A DNA stretch of 63,448 bases, the filler included, from Candidatus Woesearchaeota archaeon (GTDB taxonomy: Archaea > Nanobdellota > Nanobdellia > Woesearchaeales > CG1-02-33-12): NCBI GenBank assembly GCA_018399355.1. It is 10 parts of 10 records of this genome, joined end to end, with 100 filler letters (N's around TTAATTAATTAA, not from the genome) between each part and the next. Parts side by side here need not be neighbours in the genome. Positions count along the whole stretch, not along the records: positions 8,592 to 12,460 come from JAGYOA010000059.1; positions 12,561 to 41,746 come from JAGYOA010000006.1; 8 more parts are not named here. The stretch is one strand, 5' to 3'. The position numbers and the translations under genes are program-made. The notes beneath the pieces were generated by a model, which saw only the letters and a list, made by a program, of their open reading frames with translations, did no database searches and had not been told where the DNA came from. The first letter of the stretch is position 1. Each line of letters starts with the position of its first letter. Shown piece after piece: positions 9,551-18,599 of this stretch.

Positions 9551-9655
9551 AAAGGCCGAATTAATCTCTTTTGAACACAAAATGAGATTTAAAAATAAAA
9601 ACAACGGAGTTGCAGGATTAACCATTTTGTTATCTCTTGTAACAATGTTGTTTGT
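9273..9655 (+). repeat. 46-bp exact direct repeat (9273-9318 and 9610-9655) shared by the two capsid-like genes
   Basis: TTGCAGGATTAACCATTTTGTTATCTCTTGTAACAATGTTGTTTGT occurs twice. Confidence 0.95.
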
Positions 9656-10139
9656 TATAGGCCTTTTAGTGATGATTTTCTCTCTAATGGGAGGAGAATT
9701 ACGAAGTGCAACTTTTGATGACACAACTGTTACAGTTACCAATGAGACAAATATCTTTGTCAATACAACTGGAGATACATTATCTGGTGCATCTGCTTTA
9801 AATGCAGGTAGTTTTGTTATAACAGCAGTTTGGGATGAAGATAGTGGTGCTTATAATGTTACAGTACCAACAGCAAATGTAAGTGTTTCAAGTGCTGGAG
9901 TTGTTACAAACGGAACAGCAACAACATATGATGATGTAAGTTTGAGTTATACATATCATTATGATGCAGAAAACACAGCAACAGAAGTAATGAATGACAC
10001 AACTGCAGGAGTATCTGGTGTAACAGACTGGTTTGAGATTTTCTTGGTAATTGGTGCTATGGTCGTTTTGGTCTTATTAGTAGTAATAATAATAAGTGCT
10101 ATTAGGGGATCAGGACTAATTGCAGGAGGATCGGCATAA
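9582..10139 (+). CDS. Paralogous capsid-like protein with about 84 aa glycosylated insertion
   Basis: Both helices nearly identical to 9245..9550; six N-x-S/T sequons; ATG 9582 conserved at 63284. Confidence 0.65.
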   Translation: MRFKNKNNGVAGLTILLSLVTMLFVIGLLVMIFSLMGGELRSATFDDTTVTVTNETNIFVNTTGDTLSGASALNAGSFVITAVWDEDSGAYNVTVPTANVSVSSAGVVTNGTATTYDDVSLSYTYHYDAENTATEVMNDTTAGVSGVTDWFEIFLVIGAMVVLVLLVVIIISAIRGSGLIAGGSA

Positions 10140-10169
10140 AAGTATGCATAAAACCTTAATTTTTTCTTT

Positions 10170-10203
10170 ATAGGCCTTAAATGGCCTATTTCTTCTTTTT
10201 TTT
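10170..10203 (+). terminator. Hairpin plus T-tract after the capsid-like genes
   Basis: ATAGGCC-TTAAAT-GGCCTAT followed by TTCTTCTTTTTTTT. Confidence 0.6.
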
Positions 10204-10346
10204 CCGACGATAGATTTTATTATATTCAAATTTGCATTTTAAAGCGATTTGAGAAGTTTTTTTAACCTTTAAGGTGTAATTACCCATAAAAGTTTAGGAA
10301 TTTTTTATATCCAAAGGTTTATATAGTAGTTATACATCAATTATAC

Positions 10347-10499
10347 ATGGCAAACAGAACAACAATTAATATTGATAAGGCAATTAGAGAAGAATTGAAT
10401 AGGTGTAAGAAATATAAAAGAGAAACTTATGATGAAATTCTGGAAACCTTAATAAAAGAGAGAAAAAGGAGGAGATCAAAGATAGGATTAAAAAATTAA
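10347..10499 (+). CDS. Small RHH-like DNA-binding protein, 50 aa (MANRTTINIDKAIREEL...RETYDEILETLI)
   Basis: Not in ORF track; beta-strand TTINI followed by two helices; TATA TTTATATA at 10318-10325. Confidence 0.7.
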   Translation: MANRTTINIDKAIREELNRCKKYKRETYDEILETLIKERKRRRSKIGLKN

Positions 10500-10500
10500 G

Positions 10501-10803
10501 ATGGTTAGTGAAAAAAGATTAAAAGAGTTGGATAGTAATATTTTAAAGAGTATGGGTTGGAATGCAAATGAAACTCCACAAGAGAGAAAAGAAATTCTTA
10601 AAAAATGGGATAAGATGGATGGATCATCATCTTTCCATGATGCTATAAAAACAATGATCAGAGAAAAATCCAAAAAAAATTACAAATTAGGATGTCCGAA
10701 CTCTTATAGTGGAGAACATGCTTTTGAAACATTTGGATTGCCAAAAGGAAAAATGAGATGTGTTCATTGTGGTGTAATTAAATCTATGAAAAAAGCAAGA
10801 TGA
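10501..10803 (+). CDS. Small protein with C-terminal Zn-finger-like motif
   Basis: C-x6-H...CxxC. Confidence 0.6.
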   Translation: MVSEKRLKELDSNILKSMGWNANETPQERKEILKKWDKMDGSSSFHDAIKTMIREKSKKNYKLGCPNSYSGEHAFETFGLPKGKMRCVHCGVIKSMKKAR

Positions 10804-10820
10804 AAAGGAGGTAAAAAATA

Positions 10821-10976
10821 ATGGGAAGAACAAATTTAGATCAGAAGAGAAGATCAAAACAACCATGGGAAAGAGGAAGAGGTGCAAGAAAGATAGGTAA
10901 TCCTCGTTATAAACCAGTTCGTAGAAGAGATAAAAATGATGTTTTGAGAAAACTCTATGTTTTGAGGAAAAGATAA
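10821..10976 (+). CDS. Small, highly basic protein, 51 aa
   Basis: Not in ORF track; AGGAGGT SD; R/K-rich (MGRTNLDQKRRSKQPWERGRGARK...). Confidence 0.6.
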   Translation: MGRTNLDQKRRSKQPWERGRGARKIGNPRYKPVRRRDKNDVLRKLYVLRKR

Positions 10977-10977
10977 A

Positions 10978-11181
10978 ATGGTGAATAAACATTTATGGAA
11001 TTGGTTAGACGAAATAGAAGGAAAAAAGAAAGGAACTTCTCTTGAAAATTTAAAAAAAGAGATGAAAAGACAAGAATATGACTTAGAAAAAAAAAGAGAG
11101 AAAGCACTAAAAAGAAACATTAAAAGAAGAAAGGGAAAATACACAACTAAAAGGGATCAGGAATTAATGTTTGGATATTAA
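10978..11181 (+). CDS. Small basic coiled-coil protein
   Basis: 67 aa, 1 nt after the previous stop. Confidence 0.55.
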   Translation: MVNKHLWNWLDEIEGKKKGTSLENLKKEMKRQEYDLEKKREKALKRNIKRRKGKYTTKRDQELMFGY

Positions 11182-11182
11182 A

Positions 11183-11350
11183 ATGGGTAAAATTTCAAAA
11201 AAAGAAATCCAGAGATATATTGATACAGGATGGATTTTTGAAAGGAGACCAAACGAATACATTAGTTTAGATACAGGAGAAGTAATCAAAACAAAAGAAG
11301 AAATTAAAAGGATTATTAAAAATTACAAAAAAGGTTTAAAAAAATATTAA
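11183..11350 (+). CDS. Small hypothetical protein, 55 aa
   Basis: Not in ORF track; abuts neighbours with 1-nt gaps. Confidence 0.55.
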   Translation: MGKISKKEIQRYIDTGWIFERRPNEYISLDTGEVIKTKEEIKRIIKNYKKGLKKY

Positions 11351-11351
11351 A

Positions 11352-11522
11352 ATGGGAAAATTTGATGTAGAAAAAATTAAGAATTTTACATGTGGAGAAG
11401 TTAAGGCATGGACAGATCAGATTAAAGCAGATCAGAATATTTCTAAATTATTAAAGGAACAAAAAGAAAAGGAAAAAAGAGAGAAAATTAAAAATGAAAT
11501 ACTAAAGGAGGTTTTTAAATAA
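11352..11522 (+). CDS. Small hypothetical protein, 56 aa
   Basis: Not in ORF track; abuts upstream gene. Confidence 0.5.
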   Translation: MGKFDVEKIKNFTCGEVKAWTDQIKADQNISKLLKEQKEKEKREKIKNEILKEVFK

Positions 11523-11537
11523 AAAGAGAAAAAGGAG

Positions 11538-11750
11538 GTGAAAATGGTAAAATATGTTATAACTGCAACAAAGAATGGAAAAAGAATGGTTGGTGATACT
11601 TCTTTTAGGAAAAAGGAGAATGCAAAACAAGCAATTAAAAAGTTGATAAAAGATAAGAAATATAAATATCCAAAAATAGTAAAAGTTACAAAAGAAAGTA
11701 TTGATAGAATAAATAAAACCTATAATAAAAAGGGGGGGAGAAGAAAATGA
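11538..11750 (+). CDS. Small basic protein
   Basis: GGAGGTG SD points to ATG 11543 region; ATGA overlap with next ORF. Confidence 0.55.
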   Translation: MKMVKYVITATKNGKRMVGDTSFRKKENAKQAIKKLIKDKKYKYPKIVKVTKESIDRINKTYNKKGGRRK

Positions 11751-11980
11751 ATGAAATTGATAAACTGGAAGATGAATTAAAATATCTACAAAATAGAAGG
11801 AAAAAGAAAGAGAAAGAAAAATATCTTAAGAGAAAAATAGGTCAAGAAAAGTTTAATCAGAGTTTTTTAGGGAAGGTGGCCAATACTATTGGAAGAGTGT
11901 CAGAAAATTCTAAAAAGAGAAAAAAACCCACTAAAAACACAAAATCTGTGCAAGATCTTATAAGAGATTTGCCTCAATAA
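11747..11980 (+). CDS. Small basic coiled-coil protein
   Basis: 77 aa; composition similar to 46306..46620. Confidence 0.6.
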   Translation: MNEIDKLEDELKYLQNRRKKKEKEKYLKRKIGQEKFNQSFLGKVANTIGRVSENSKKRKKPTKNTKSVQDLIRDLPQ

Positions 11981-12560
11981 AATTATTTATTCCCTCAAAT
12001 TCTTTAATTAATTTCATTTTCAACTTAATTTATCTTCTATCCATAAAATTGCTCTTGCAGGATAAGATAATAATTTGGTTATTAACCAGAAAATAAAATA
12101 GATAAATCCTATGGGAGCAATAATTAATCTCCAGATAAAACTCCAAATTTTACCCATTGTTGTTCTATCATCTCCACAAATATTGCTCATTCTTCTTTTC
12201 TCCTTTGTTTAATTAAAGGTTCTCCATTGTTATATAATTCTCTCATATCTTCCTTTGAAAAACCATACATCTTGAAACATTCTTCTTCTGTTAAATCTTC
12301 AAAAAAATATGATTTATTCATTCTTCTTTTATCTTTTGTTTAATTTCTTCATAGATTTCATCAGCAGTCCAATCTAAATACTTATCATTTTTAAAATAAA
12401 ATTCTAAAATCTTAATAAATTCTTCATCTTTTGCTTTTGAAGTTTCTTCGTGTTGTTGGANNNNNNNNNNNNNNNNNNNNNNNNNNNNNNNNNNNNNNNN
12501 NNNNTTAATTAATTAANNNNNNNNNNNNNNNNNNNNNNNNNNNNNNNNNNNNNNNNNNNN

Positions 12561-13201
12561 TATTTCTTTTTTATTTTTAAATAAAGATTTTTGCCTTCCT
12601 CAATTTTATCTTGATTAACCAGCTCCAACTCCTTAAGAAGCATTTTGTGAATTTTCTTTTTTCTTTTATTCTTTACTATTGAATTAAGTTTCAATAAAAA
12701 TGAATTTTTATTTTTAGTTGATTTCTCTTTTTTTTCCTCTTTTTGCTTTTTTGAAAATATGTTTTTTAAAAACGAGAAAAATCCTCTTCTTTCAGTTTTT
12801 TCTTTCTTATGTGTTAGTCTTTTAGATATGTTTTTAAATTCTTCAAATAAAGGTTTAATTTCGCTGCGAGACAGTTTTTCATCGCTGTATTCAACAGCTG
12901 ATATTTTTTTTAGAAATATTGCTATTTTCTCTTTCATATCATTATCTATTTTTTTTCTTTTTAATTCTTTTTCAAGCTCTTCAAATGTAAACTCGTATCT
13001 TATTTTAAAAAAATCAGCAAAAAATAGCCTTGCAATATGAAAAAACTGTATTGAACTGTCATCTACTGTTTTTTTAGAAAAATGTTTATTAAAAGAATCT
13101 ATTCTTTTCAAATTATTTTCTTTTACTGTTTCAATCCTGTCTTTTTTCTTTTTCTTGCTTTTAAAAGGAATTATCTTCATATCTCTATTTTTATTAAACA
13201 A
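12561..13201 (-). CDS. Hypothetical Lys-rich protein, 3'-truncated
   Basis: Open frame running into the gap; divergent from moxR. Confidence 0.6.
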
Positions 13202-13285
13202 ACCTATATAAATTTATCGTGTAAATCTTTACTATTTTTGAGTAGGATAAAAAAATATAAATACAAAGAGGCGCTCATTTTAAAT

Positions 13286-14272
13286 ATGAACAGTAAAGAT
13301 ATAGAAAAAACAATAGCCAAAGACCAAAAAATCATTGAGAGCATAAAAAAAGAGGTTTCTAATGTTATTGTAGGGCAGGATAAGATTGTTGAAGGATTCA
13401 TAAAGTCTCTTATTTCCAACGGAAATGTTCTAATTGAGGGAGTTCCAGGGCTTGCAAAAACATTGATAGTAAGAACTTTATCAAAGGTTATGGGCTGCGG
13501 ATTCGGCAGGATACAGTTTACGCCTGATTTGCTTCCAACAGATATAATAGGAATTACTGCCTATGATAGGGAAAGAGGATTTTACGTCCTTAAAGGACCT
13601 ATATTCAACAACTTCATACTTGCAGACGAAATAAACAGGGCTCCTCCAAAAGTGCAGTCTGCCCTTCTTGAATGCATGCAGGAAAAGCAGGCAACAATAG
13701 GAAAAGAGACATTTGACATGCCAATACCTTTTTTTGTTCTTGCAACCCAAAATCCATTAGAACAGTTAGGAGTATATCCCTTGCCTGAAGCCCAGGTTGA
13801 CAGGTTTCTCTTCAAGCTCAGAATAGATTACCCTGACTTAGAGGGAGAAAGGAAGATTTTAAACCAGAATATAACTACAAGAAAATTTGAGGAATACAGC
13901 TTAAAGGTTATTGCCTCTCCTGAAATAATCAAAAAATTGCAGGATGATGTAAAAAAAATATACCTTGATAAAAAAATTGAGGAATATATCATAAAGATAG
14001 TGGATGCTACAAGAAATCCTGATAAGTATAAAATTAAATTAGGCAAATATATTGAATGGGGTGTTTCACCAAGAGCATCTATTGGAATGTTTATTGCCTC
14101 AAAAGCAGATGCTTTAATGAAAGGGAATGGTTTTGTAACTCCTCAAAATGTGAAAGAGGTTGCATATGATGTTCTAAGGCACAGGATTATTTTAAGCTAT
14201 GAAGCGCAATCAGAAAATGTGAAGGAAGAAGATGTTATCTCAGAAATTCTTGCAAGAGTTCCTGTTCCCTAA
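13286..14272 (+). CDS. moxR: MoxR-family AAA+ ATPase
   Basis: GVPGLAKT, RIQFTPDLLP, LADEINRAPPKVQSALLE, ATQNP. Confidence 0.95.
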   Translation: MNSKDIEKTIAKDQKIIESIKKEVSNVIVGQDKIVEGFIKSLISNGNVLIEGVPGLAKTLIVRTLSKVMGCGFGRIQFTPDLLPTDIIGITAYDRERGFYVLKGPIFNNFILADEINRAPPKVQSALLECMQEKQATIGKETFDMPIPFFVLATQNPLEQLGVYPLPEAQVDRFLFKLRIDYPDLEGERKILNQNITTRKFEEYSLKVIASPEIIKKLQDDVKKIYLDKKIEEYIIKIVDATRNPDKYKIKLGKYIEWGVSPRASIGMFIASKADALMKGNGFVTPQNVKEVAYDVLRHRIILSYEAQSENVKEEDVISEILARVPVP

Positions 14273-14280
14273 ATTAAAAA

Positions 14281-15168
14281 ATGGAAGAGTTAAACCTTAA
14301 TTTAAAGCCTTTAATAAAGAGGCTTGAAATATATACAAAGAAAGGACTTGTTGGTGTATTAACAGGCTCTTACAAAAGCACTTTTAAGGGTAAAGGCCTT
14401 GATTTTGAAGGATACAGAAGTTACGATACCAATGATGATGCAAGTATGATAGACTGGAAAGCCTCATTAAGGTCTCAGGAAATTCTTGTCAAAGTCTTAA
14501 CAGAAGAAAGAAATGTTAATGTTGTTTTCTTTGTTGATGTCAGCTCAAGCATGTCTTTTTCATCAATAGAAAAGCTGAAGAATGAGTATGCTGCAGAGCT
14601 TATAGCTTCAATGGCCTTTGCAGCAACAAGGGCAGGGGATTCTGTGGGGCTTGCCATGTTCAGTGACAGAATAGTAAAGTATATCTATCCAAATATGGGA
14701 GGAAAGCAATATTTTGCAATAACAAAGGCTATTTCAGACCCTAAATTATATGATGGGAAAATAGATTTCATAAAATCAGTAAACCAGATAAGCAGCTCTT
14801 TAAAAAGAGGAACTATTCTTATTATTGTCTCTGATTTCATCGGCTTTCAGCCAGAGTGGAAAAAATATCTGGAATCAATATCAAAGAAGTTTGAGGTTAT
14901 TGGAATCATGGTGAGAGACCCAAGGGATTATGAAATGCCTGAAGGTGTTGGCCAGATAGTTATATCAGATCCTTATTCAGAAAAAGAGTTGATTATTGAT
15001 GCAGATGAGATAAAAATAAGATATGAGGAAGAAGTTAAAAACCAAGTTAAGGAAATAAAAAAAAATTTCATTGACTCAAAGTCTGATTTTCTTGAGTTGA
15101 GAACAGACAAGCCTTTTTTATATGACTTGATAAACTTTTTCCTTAAAAGAAAAAAGAGGGGAAGATGA
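14281..15168 (+). CDS. DUF58 protein
   Basis: GxGLDFEGYRxY, IDWKAS, DVSSSM; follows moxR. Confidence 0.9.
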   Translation: MEELNLNLKPLIKRLEIYTKKGLVGVLTGSYKSTFKGKGLDFEGYRSYDTNDDASMIDWKASLRSQEILVKVLTEERNVNVVFFVDVSSSMSFSSIEKLKNEYAAELIASMAFAATRAGDSVGLAMFSDRIVKYIYPNMGGKQYFAITKAISDPKLYDGKIDFIKSVNQISSSLKRGTILIIVSDFIGFQPEWKKYLESISKKFEVIGIMVRDPRDYEMPEGVGQIVISDPYSEKELIIDADEIKIRYEEEVKNQVKEIKKNFIDSKSDFLELRTDKPFLYDLINFFLKRKKRGR

Positions 15169-16121
15169 TATCACTAACATTTAATAATATTTATTATCTA
15201 TGGCTTTTGCTAAGCATACCTCTTTTGATTATAACTCATATTTTTGTTCTTAATTACTTAAACAGAAGGGCTGTTAAGTTTGCAAATTTTGAGGCAATAA
15301 AAAGAGTTACAGGAGGCAAGTTTGATGTAAGAAATTCAAGGGCAATATCAAAAAACAAGCTTCTTTTGCTAGTTAGAATATTTGTTTTAATTTTTATGAT
15401 ATTCTCAATATCAGGGCCTGTATTATGGTACACAGGGCAGGCAAGCGACTTTGATTTTGTTTTTGCAATAGACTCTTCAAGTTCTATGCTTTCAGATGAC
15501 TTCGAGCCGCACAGATTAGATGCAGCAAGAAAGGCTTCTTCTGATTTTTTAAATAACCTTAAGTCAAAAACTAATGTAGGAATTGTTTCATTTGCAGGAA
15601 CAAGTTTTATTGAGCAGAGTCTAGATGATGACCTTGAAAAAGCACAAGAAACCATAAGAAATATAAAAGTCAGCCAGAGCGGAGGAACAGATATAGGAGG
15701 GGCCATAGTAACCTCAACAAATATTTTATTGAACAGTGAAAATCCAAGAATGATTATTCTCTTAACAGACGGCCAGAGCACTGTTGGAACTGCTGTAAGA
15801 GAAGCAATAGAATATGCAAATAAAAATTTTGTTATTATAAACACAATAGGGATAGGAACAGAGGAAGGAGGAACATTTTTAAGAGGAGGTATAATATCCA
15901 CCCTTGATGATCAAACATTAATTGAGATAGCAGACAAAACAGGAGGGATGTATTATAGAGCAGAGAATGAGGAATCTCTTACACATGCCTTTAATGAAAT
16001 ATCTGAAGTATCACAAAAAAAGATTCCAGTGGATATTTCAATGGGGCTTATGATGCTTGCCCTTGCATTATTGTTTATTGAATGGGGTTTGATAAACACA
16101 AAGTACAGAACACTCCCATAA
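15165..16121 (+). CDS. VWA-domain membrane protein (BatA-like)
   Basis: MIDAS DSSSSM, GTDIG, LLTDG; N- and C-terminal TM helices. Confidence 0.9.
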   Translation: MISLTFNNIYYLWLLLSIPLLIITHIFVLNYLNRRAVKFANFEAIKRVTGGKFDVRNSRAISKNKLLLLVRIFVLIFMIFSISGPVLWYTGQASDFDFVFAIDSSSSMLSDDFEPHRLDAARKASSDFLNNLKSKTNVGIVSFAGTSFIEQSLDDDLEKAQETIRNIKVSQSGGTDIGGAIVTSTNILLNSENPRMIILLTDGQSTVGTAVREAIEYANKNFVIINTIGIGTEEGGTFLRGGIISTLDDQTLIEIADKTGGMYYRAENEESLTHAFNEISEVSQKKIPVDISMGLMMLALALLFIEWGLINTKYRTLP

Positions 16122-16237
16122 TTTCTAAAATTTTCGTGATTTTTTTATTTAATCTAAAAATATCCTTGATTTTTTTCAAAAAGGCATATAAAAAAAGATA
16201 GTATAATATCTTCTAATTAAATTATGGAGGTATTAAA

Positions 16238-16414
16238 ATGGAGTTTAGTGAAAAAAGACTGGAACAGATAAAGAATATGCCTATAGTTGAAAGTAAGGTT
16301 TCAAAGAGCAAGGACGGCAAGTTCATAATGCACAAGACAGTTATAACAGATATAAAGCCTGTCAAGTATTATGATGCTGTCATGGAAAACCAAGGCGAAG
16401 AAATAGCAGAGTAA
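16238..16414 (+). CDS. Small hypothetical protein, 58 aa (MEFSEKRLEQIK...)
   Basis: Not in ORF track; GGAGGT SD; T-tract after the stop. Confidence 0.65.
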   Translation: MEFSEKRLEQIKNMPIVESKVSKSKDGKFIMHKTVITDIKPVKYYDAVMENQGEEIAE

Positions 16415-16432
16415 TTTTTTCTTTTTTTATTT

Positions 16433-17089
16433 TTAAAAATCAAGAATGTTTTTTTGTTTTTTTGAATCAGCAAGCCTTTTGTAGGAAGCCCATGTTTTTC
16501 TGAAGATTTCAGGAAACTTTGTGTAATTGTTTTTAATAAATTCTTTTGTTATAGGATCAGAGGGATACCCTGAGCCAATTGGCTCAGCTATCTTATCTTG
16601 TATTTTTTTTATCTCATTATCTCTTGTGACTTTTGCAAGTATTGATGCAGCTGAAACAACAGCATATTTTATATCTGCTTTATGCTCAACAACAAGCTCT
16701 ATTTTTTTATTTTTTATTCTTTGGAGAAGATATGTAGTATATGCATATATATTATTGCTTGGGCAGTCAACTATTGCCTTCTCAGAATCAATCTGGTTTA
16801 TTATATCTGTTGCCTTTATCGCCTCAAGCCAGTTAAGGTTGAGGTCTTTTGAGTTCAGAGCAGAGTCTATTTCTTCAGGGCTTATGATTATTATCTTGTA
16901 GTCTTTTGCAATCTTTTTAATTTCCTTAAATAATAATTGCCTTTGTCCAGGGATTAAAAGTTTTGAATCTTTAACCCCTAATGATTTGAATTTCTCAATA
17001 TCTTTTTCATCAGCAGAAACTCCTGCCATAACCATGGGGCCTATGACTGGGCCTCTACCTGCTTCATCTATTCCTGTTATTGTTTTCAT
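16433..17089 (-). CDS. rnhB: Ribonuclease HII
   Basis: GIDEAGRGPVIGPM, DSK, SAASILAK, GSGYPSDP. Confidence 0.97.
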   Translation of the reverse strand: MKTITGIDEAGRGPVIGPMVMAGVSADEKDIEKFKSLGVKDSKLLIPGQRQLLFKEIKKIAKDYKIIIISPEEIDSALNSKDLNLNWLEAIKATDIINQIDSEKAIVDCPSNNIYAYTTYLLQRIKNKKIELVVEHKADIKYAVVSAASILAKVTRDNEIKKIQDKIAEPIGSGYPSDPITKEFIKNNYTKFPEIFRKTWASYKRLADSKKQKNILDF

Positions 17090-17144
17090 CAGAAAAAAAG
17101 TGGTTAAGAATTATTTAAACCTTTTGAAAATTAAAAAAATAAAA

Positions 17145-17963
17145 TTATTTAATAATCTTTGCTGCGGGCTTTAGCTCCTTCCATGCAATCTCAAAAAGCT
17201 GCTCAAGGGCTGAAGCAAATAGTGGAGTATTAACCCATATTCCTACATCATAAGATGGATGAACATTTTTGTCATCAAGAACCATGAATATCAGCTCCTT
17301 GCCGTCAACTACAATAAATCTTGCATTCAGCTTGTCTATGTGTCTTACCTCTGCAACTGACTTAAGGTCTTTAACAGCATTGCTGCACTCTTTTGTAATG
17401 GGCGCTGCAATCCTTATCTTAACTCCCCTGCTTTTAGCTTTTTCAAATGTTCCCTTTAATGCGTCAATCTTTCTTACAAGCCCTGAAGATGTGGTTACAA
17501 TAGTAACTGTTTTTTCTGCGCTCTTTATTGTAAAGTCAATGTGGTTGTAAAGGTTATGTCTACCTCTTAATGATCCGGATAAGTCGCTTGGCTCAACAAG
17601 GTCAACGCCCTGTGTGAATAAGCTTTTAAGCTCATCAATAACCTCTGTTTTTCTTAATTCTTCTAACCTCTTTACCTTTGTTTCTGCATCAACACGCATA
17701 TTCTTTTTTACTCTCTCAACAACTTCTTCAGGAGGAACAGCCATATATTTTATTGGCTTTCCAAATTTCATCACAACAAATCCTTTCTTTTCCAATGATT
17801 CTAAAACATCATAGCTTCTTGACCTTGGAACATTTGCAATGTCGCTTAACTCTCCTGCTGTTGAAACACCTCTTGATAGAAGGGCAGTCCATATCTTCAC
17901 TTCATAAAGATTTAAAGAGAAGTAAAGCTTCAACTGATTTAAAAACTCTTCTTTTACTATCAT
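17145..17963 (-). CDS. TrmB-family transcriptional regulator
   Basis: N-terminal wHTH VPRSRSYDVLESLEKKG; C-terminal PLD-like effector domain. Confidence 0.9.
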   Translation of the reverse strand: MIVKEEFLNQLKLYFSLNLYEVKIWTALLSRGVSTAGELSDIANVPRSRSYDVLESLEKKGFVVMKFGKPIKYMAVPPEEVVERVKKNMRVDAETKVKRLEELRKTEVIDELKSLFTQGVDLVEPSDLSGSLRGRHNLYNHIDFTIKSAEKTVTIVTTSSGLVRKIDALKGTFEKAKSRGVKIRIAAPITKECSNAVKDLKSVAEVRHIDKLNARFIVVDGKELIFMVLDDKNVHPSYDVGIWVNTPLFASALEQLFEIAWKELKPAAKIIK

Positions 17964-18229
17964 CTAACCTTCACCCCCACCTCTTTTTTTTTCTCTTTTT
18001 TTATTCAGAGTATAAGTGAAATAATATCACTACTATTAATATATTATGATTTTTTAACATTCAAGAGTCACTATTTTTCGTATGTAACCCTATAGTTAAA
18101 AATCTACAATATTATTATGGTCAACTATTATTTAAATGTTGTCTTTTTAGCTAGTTTTTATGTATTAATGTTGAGCAGTTTACTTCTTTAAAATTAAAAA
18201 CAATAAATTTATAAACAAGTTATTCTTAG

Positions 18230-18598
18230 ATGAAAATAATGGTTTCTAAAAAAGAGGGGCTAGATTTTGAAAAGGAATATATTGTTGATATGTTCCAAAG
18301 GCTTCCCAAGAGAAGGCTTTCTGAAGTTGAGAAGCAACTTATCTTTATTCTTATTGAAAAATCCAAGCTTCAAAGAGAGCGCTCAATGTCTCTTTTGAAC
18401 AAGGGATTTATGACTTTCATAACTTTTTTAGTTATTGCCTACTTAAGCAAAACAGGCAATCTAGTCTCTCAGGTTTATATAAATGCCCTATTTATTTTTG
18501 GAATAGTTGTACTTGTTATTGTTACTCTAACTTATCTGAACGCAATTTCCAAAGAAGAAAAAACATTGGATAATTTATTAAACAGTTTTTTGAAATAA
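18230..18598 (+). CDS. 2-TM hypothetical membrane protein
   Basis: Two hydrophobic helices; 1 nt upstream of the KaiC-like gene. Confidence 0.7.
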   Translation: MKIMVSKKEGLDFEKEYIVDMFQRLPKRRLSEVEKQLIFILIEKSKLQRERSMSLLNKGFMTFITFLVIAYLSKTGNLVSQVYINALFIFGIVVLVIVTLTYLNAISKEEKTLDNLLNSFLK

Positions 18599-18599
18599 G

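Larger units (their letters stand above)
8592..12460. mobile_element. Virus-like contig: structural module followed by small regulatory/basic ORFs
   Basis: Syntenic with 60160-63448; tandem hairpin capsid-like genes, RHH-like and Zn-finger small ORFs. Confidence 0.75.

Noticed and set aside
13082..13285. N-terminal extension of MoxR; similar extensions at 2529, 9531 and 40038
   Set aside because: They overlap neighbouring genes or promoters; the downstream ATGs fit family length or ortholog starts
15254..15901. 215-aa antisense ORF and other short antisense ORFs in the track
   Set aside because: Opposite well-supported genes; no motifs
18015..18031. Imperfect palindrome containing TATCAC upstream of the TrmB gene
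   Set aside because: Orientation and spacing differ from the Thermococcales TGM motif; single weak instance in AT-rich DNA
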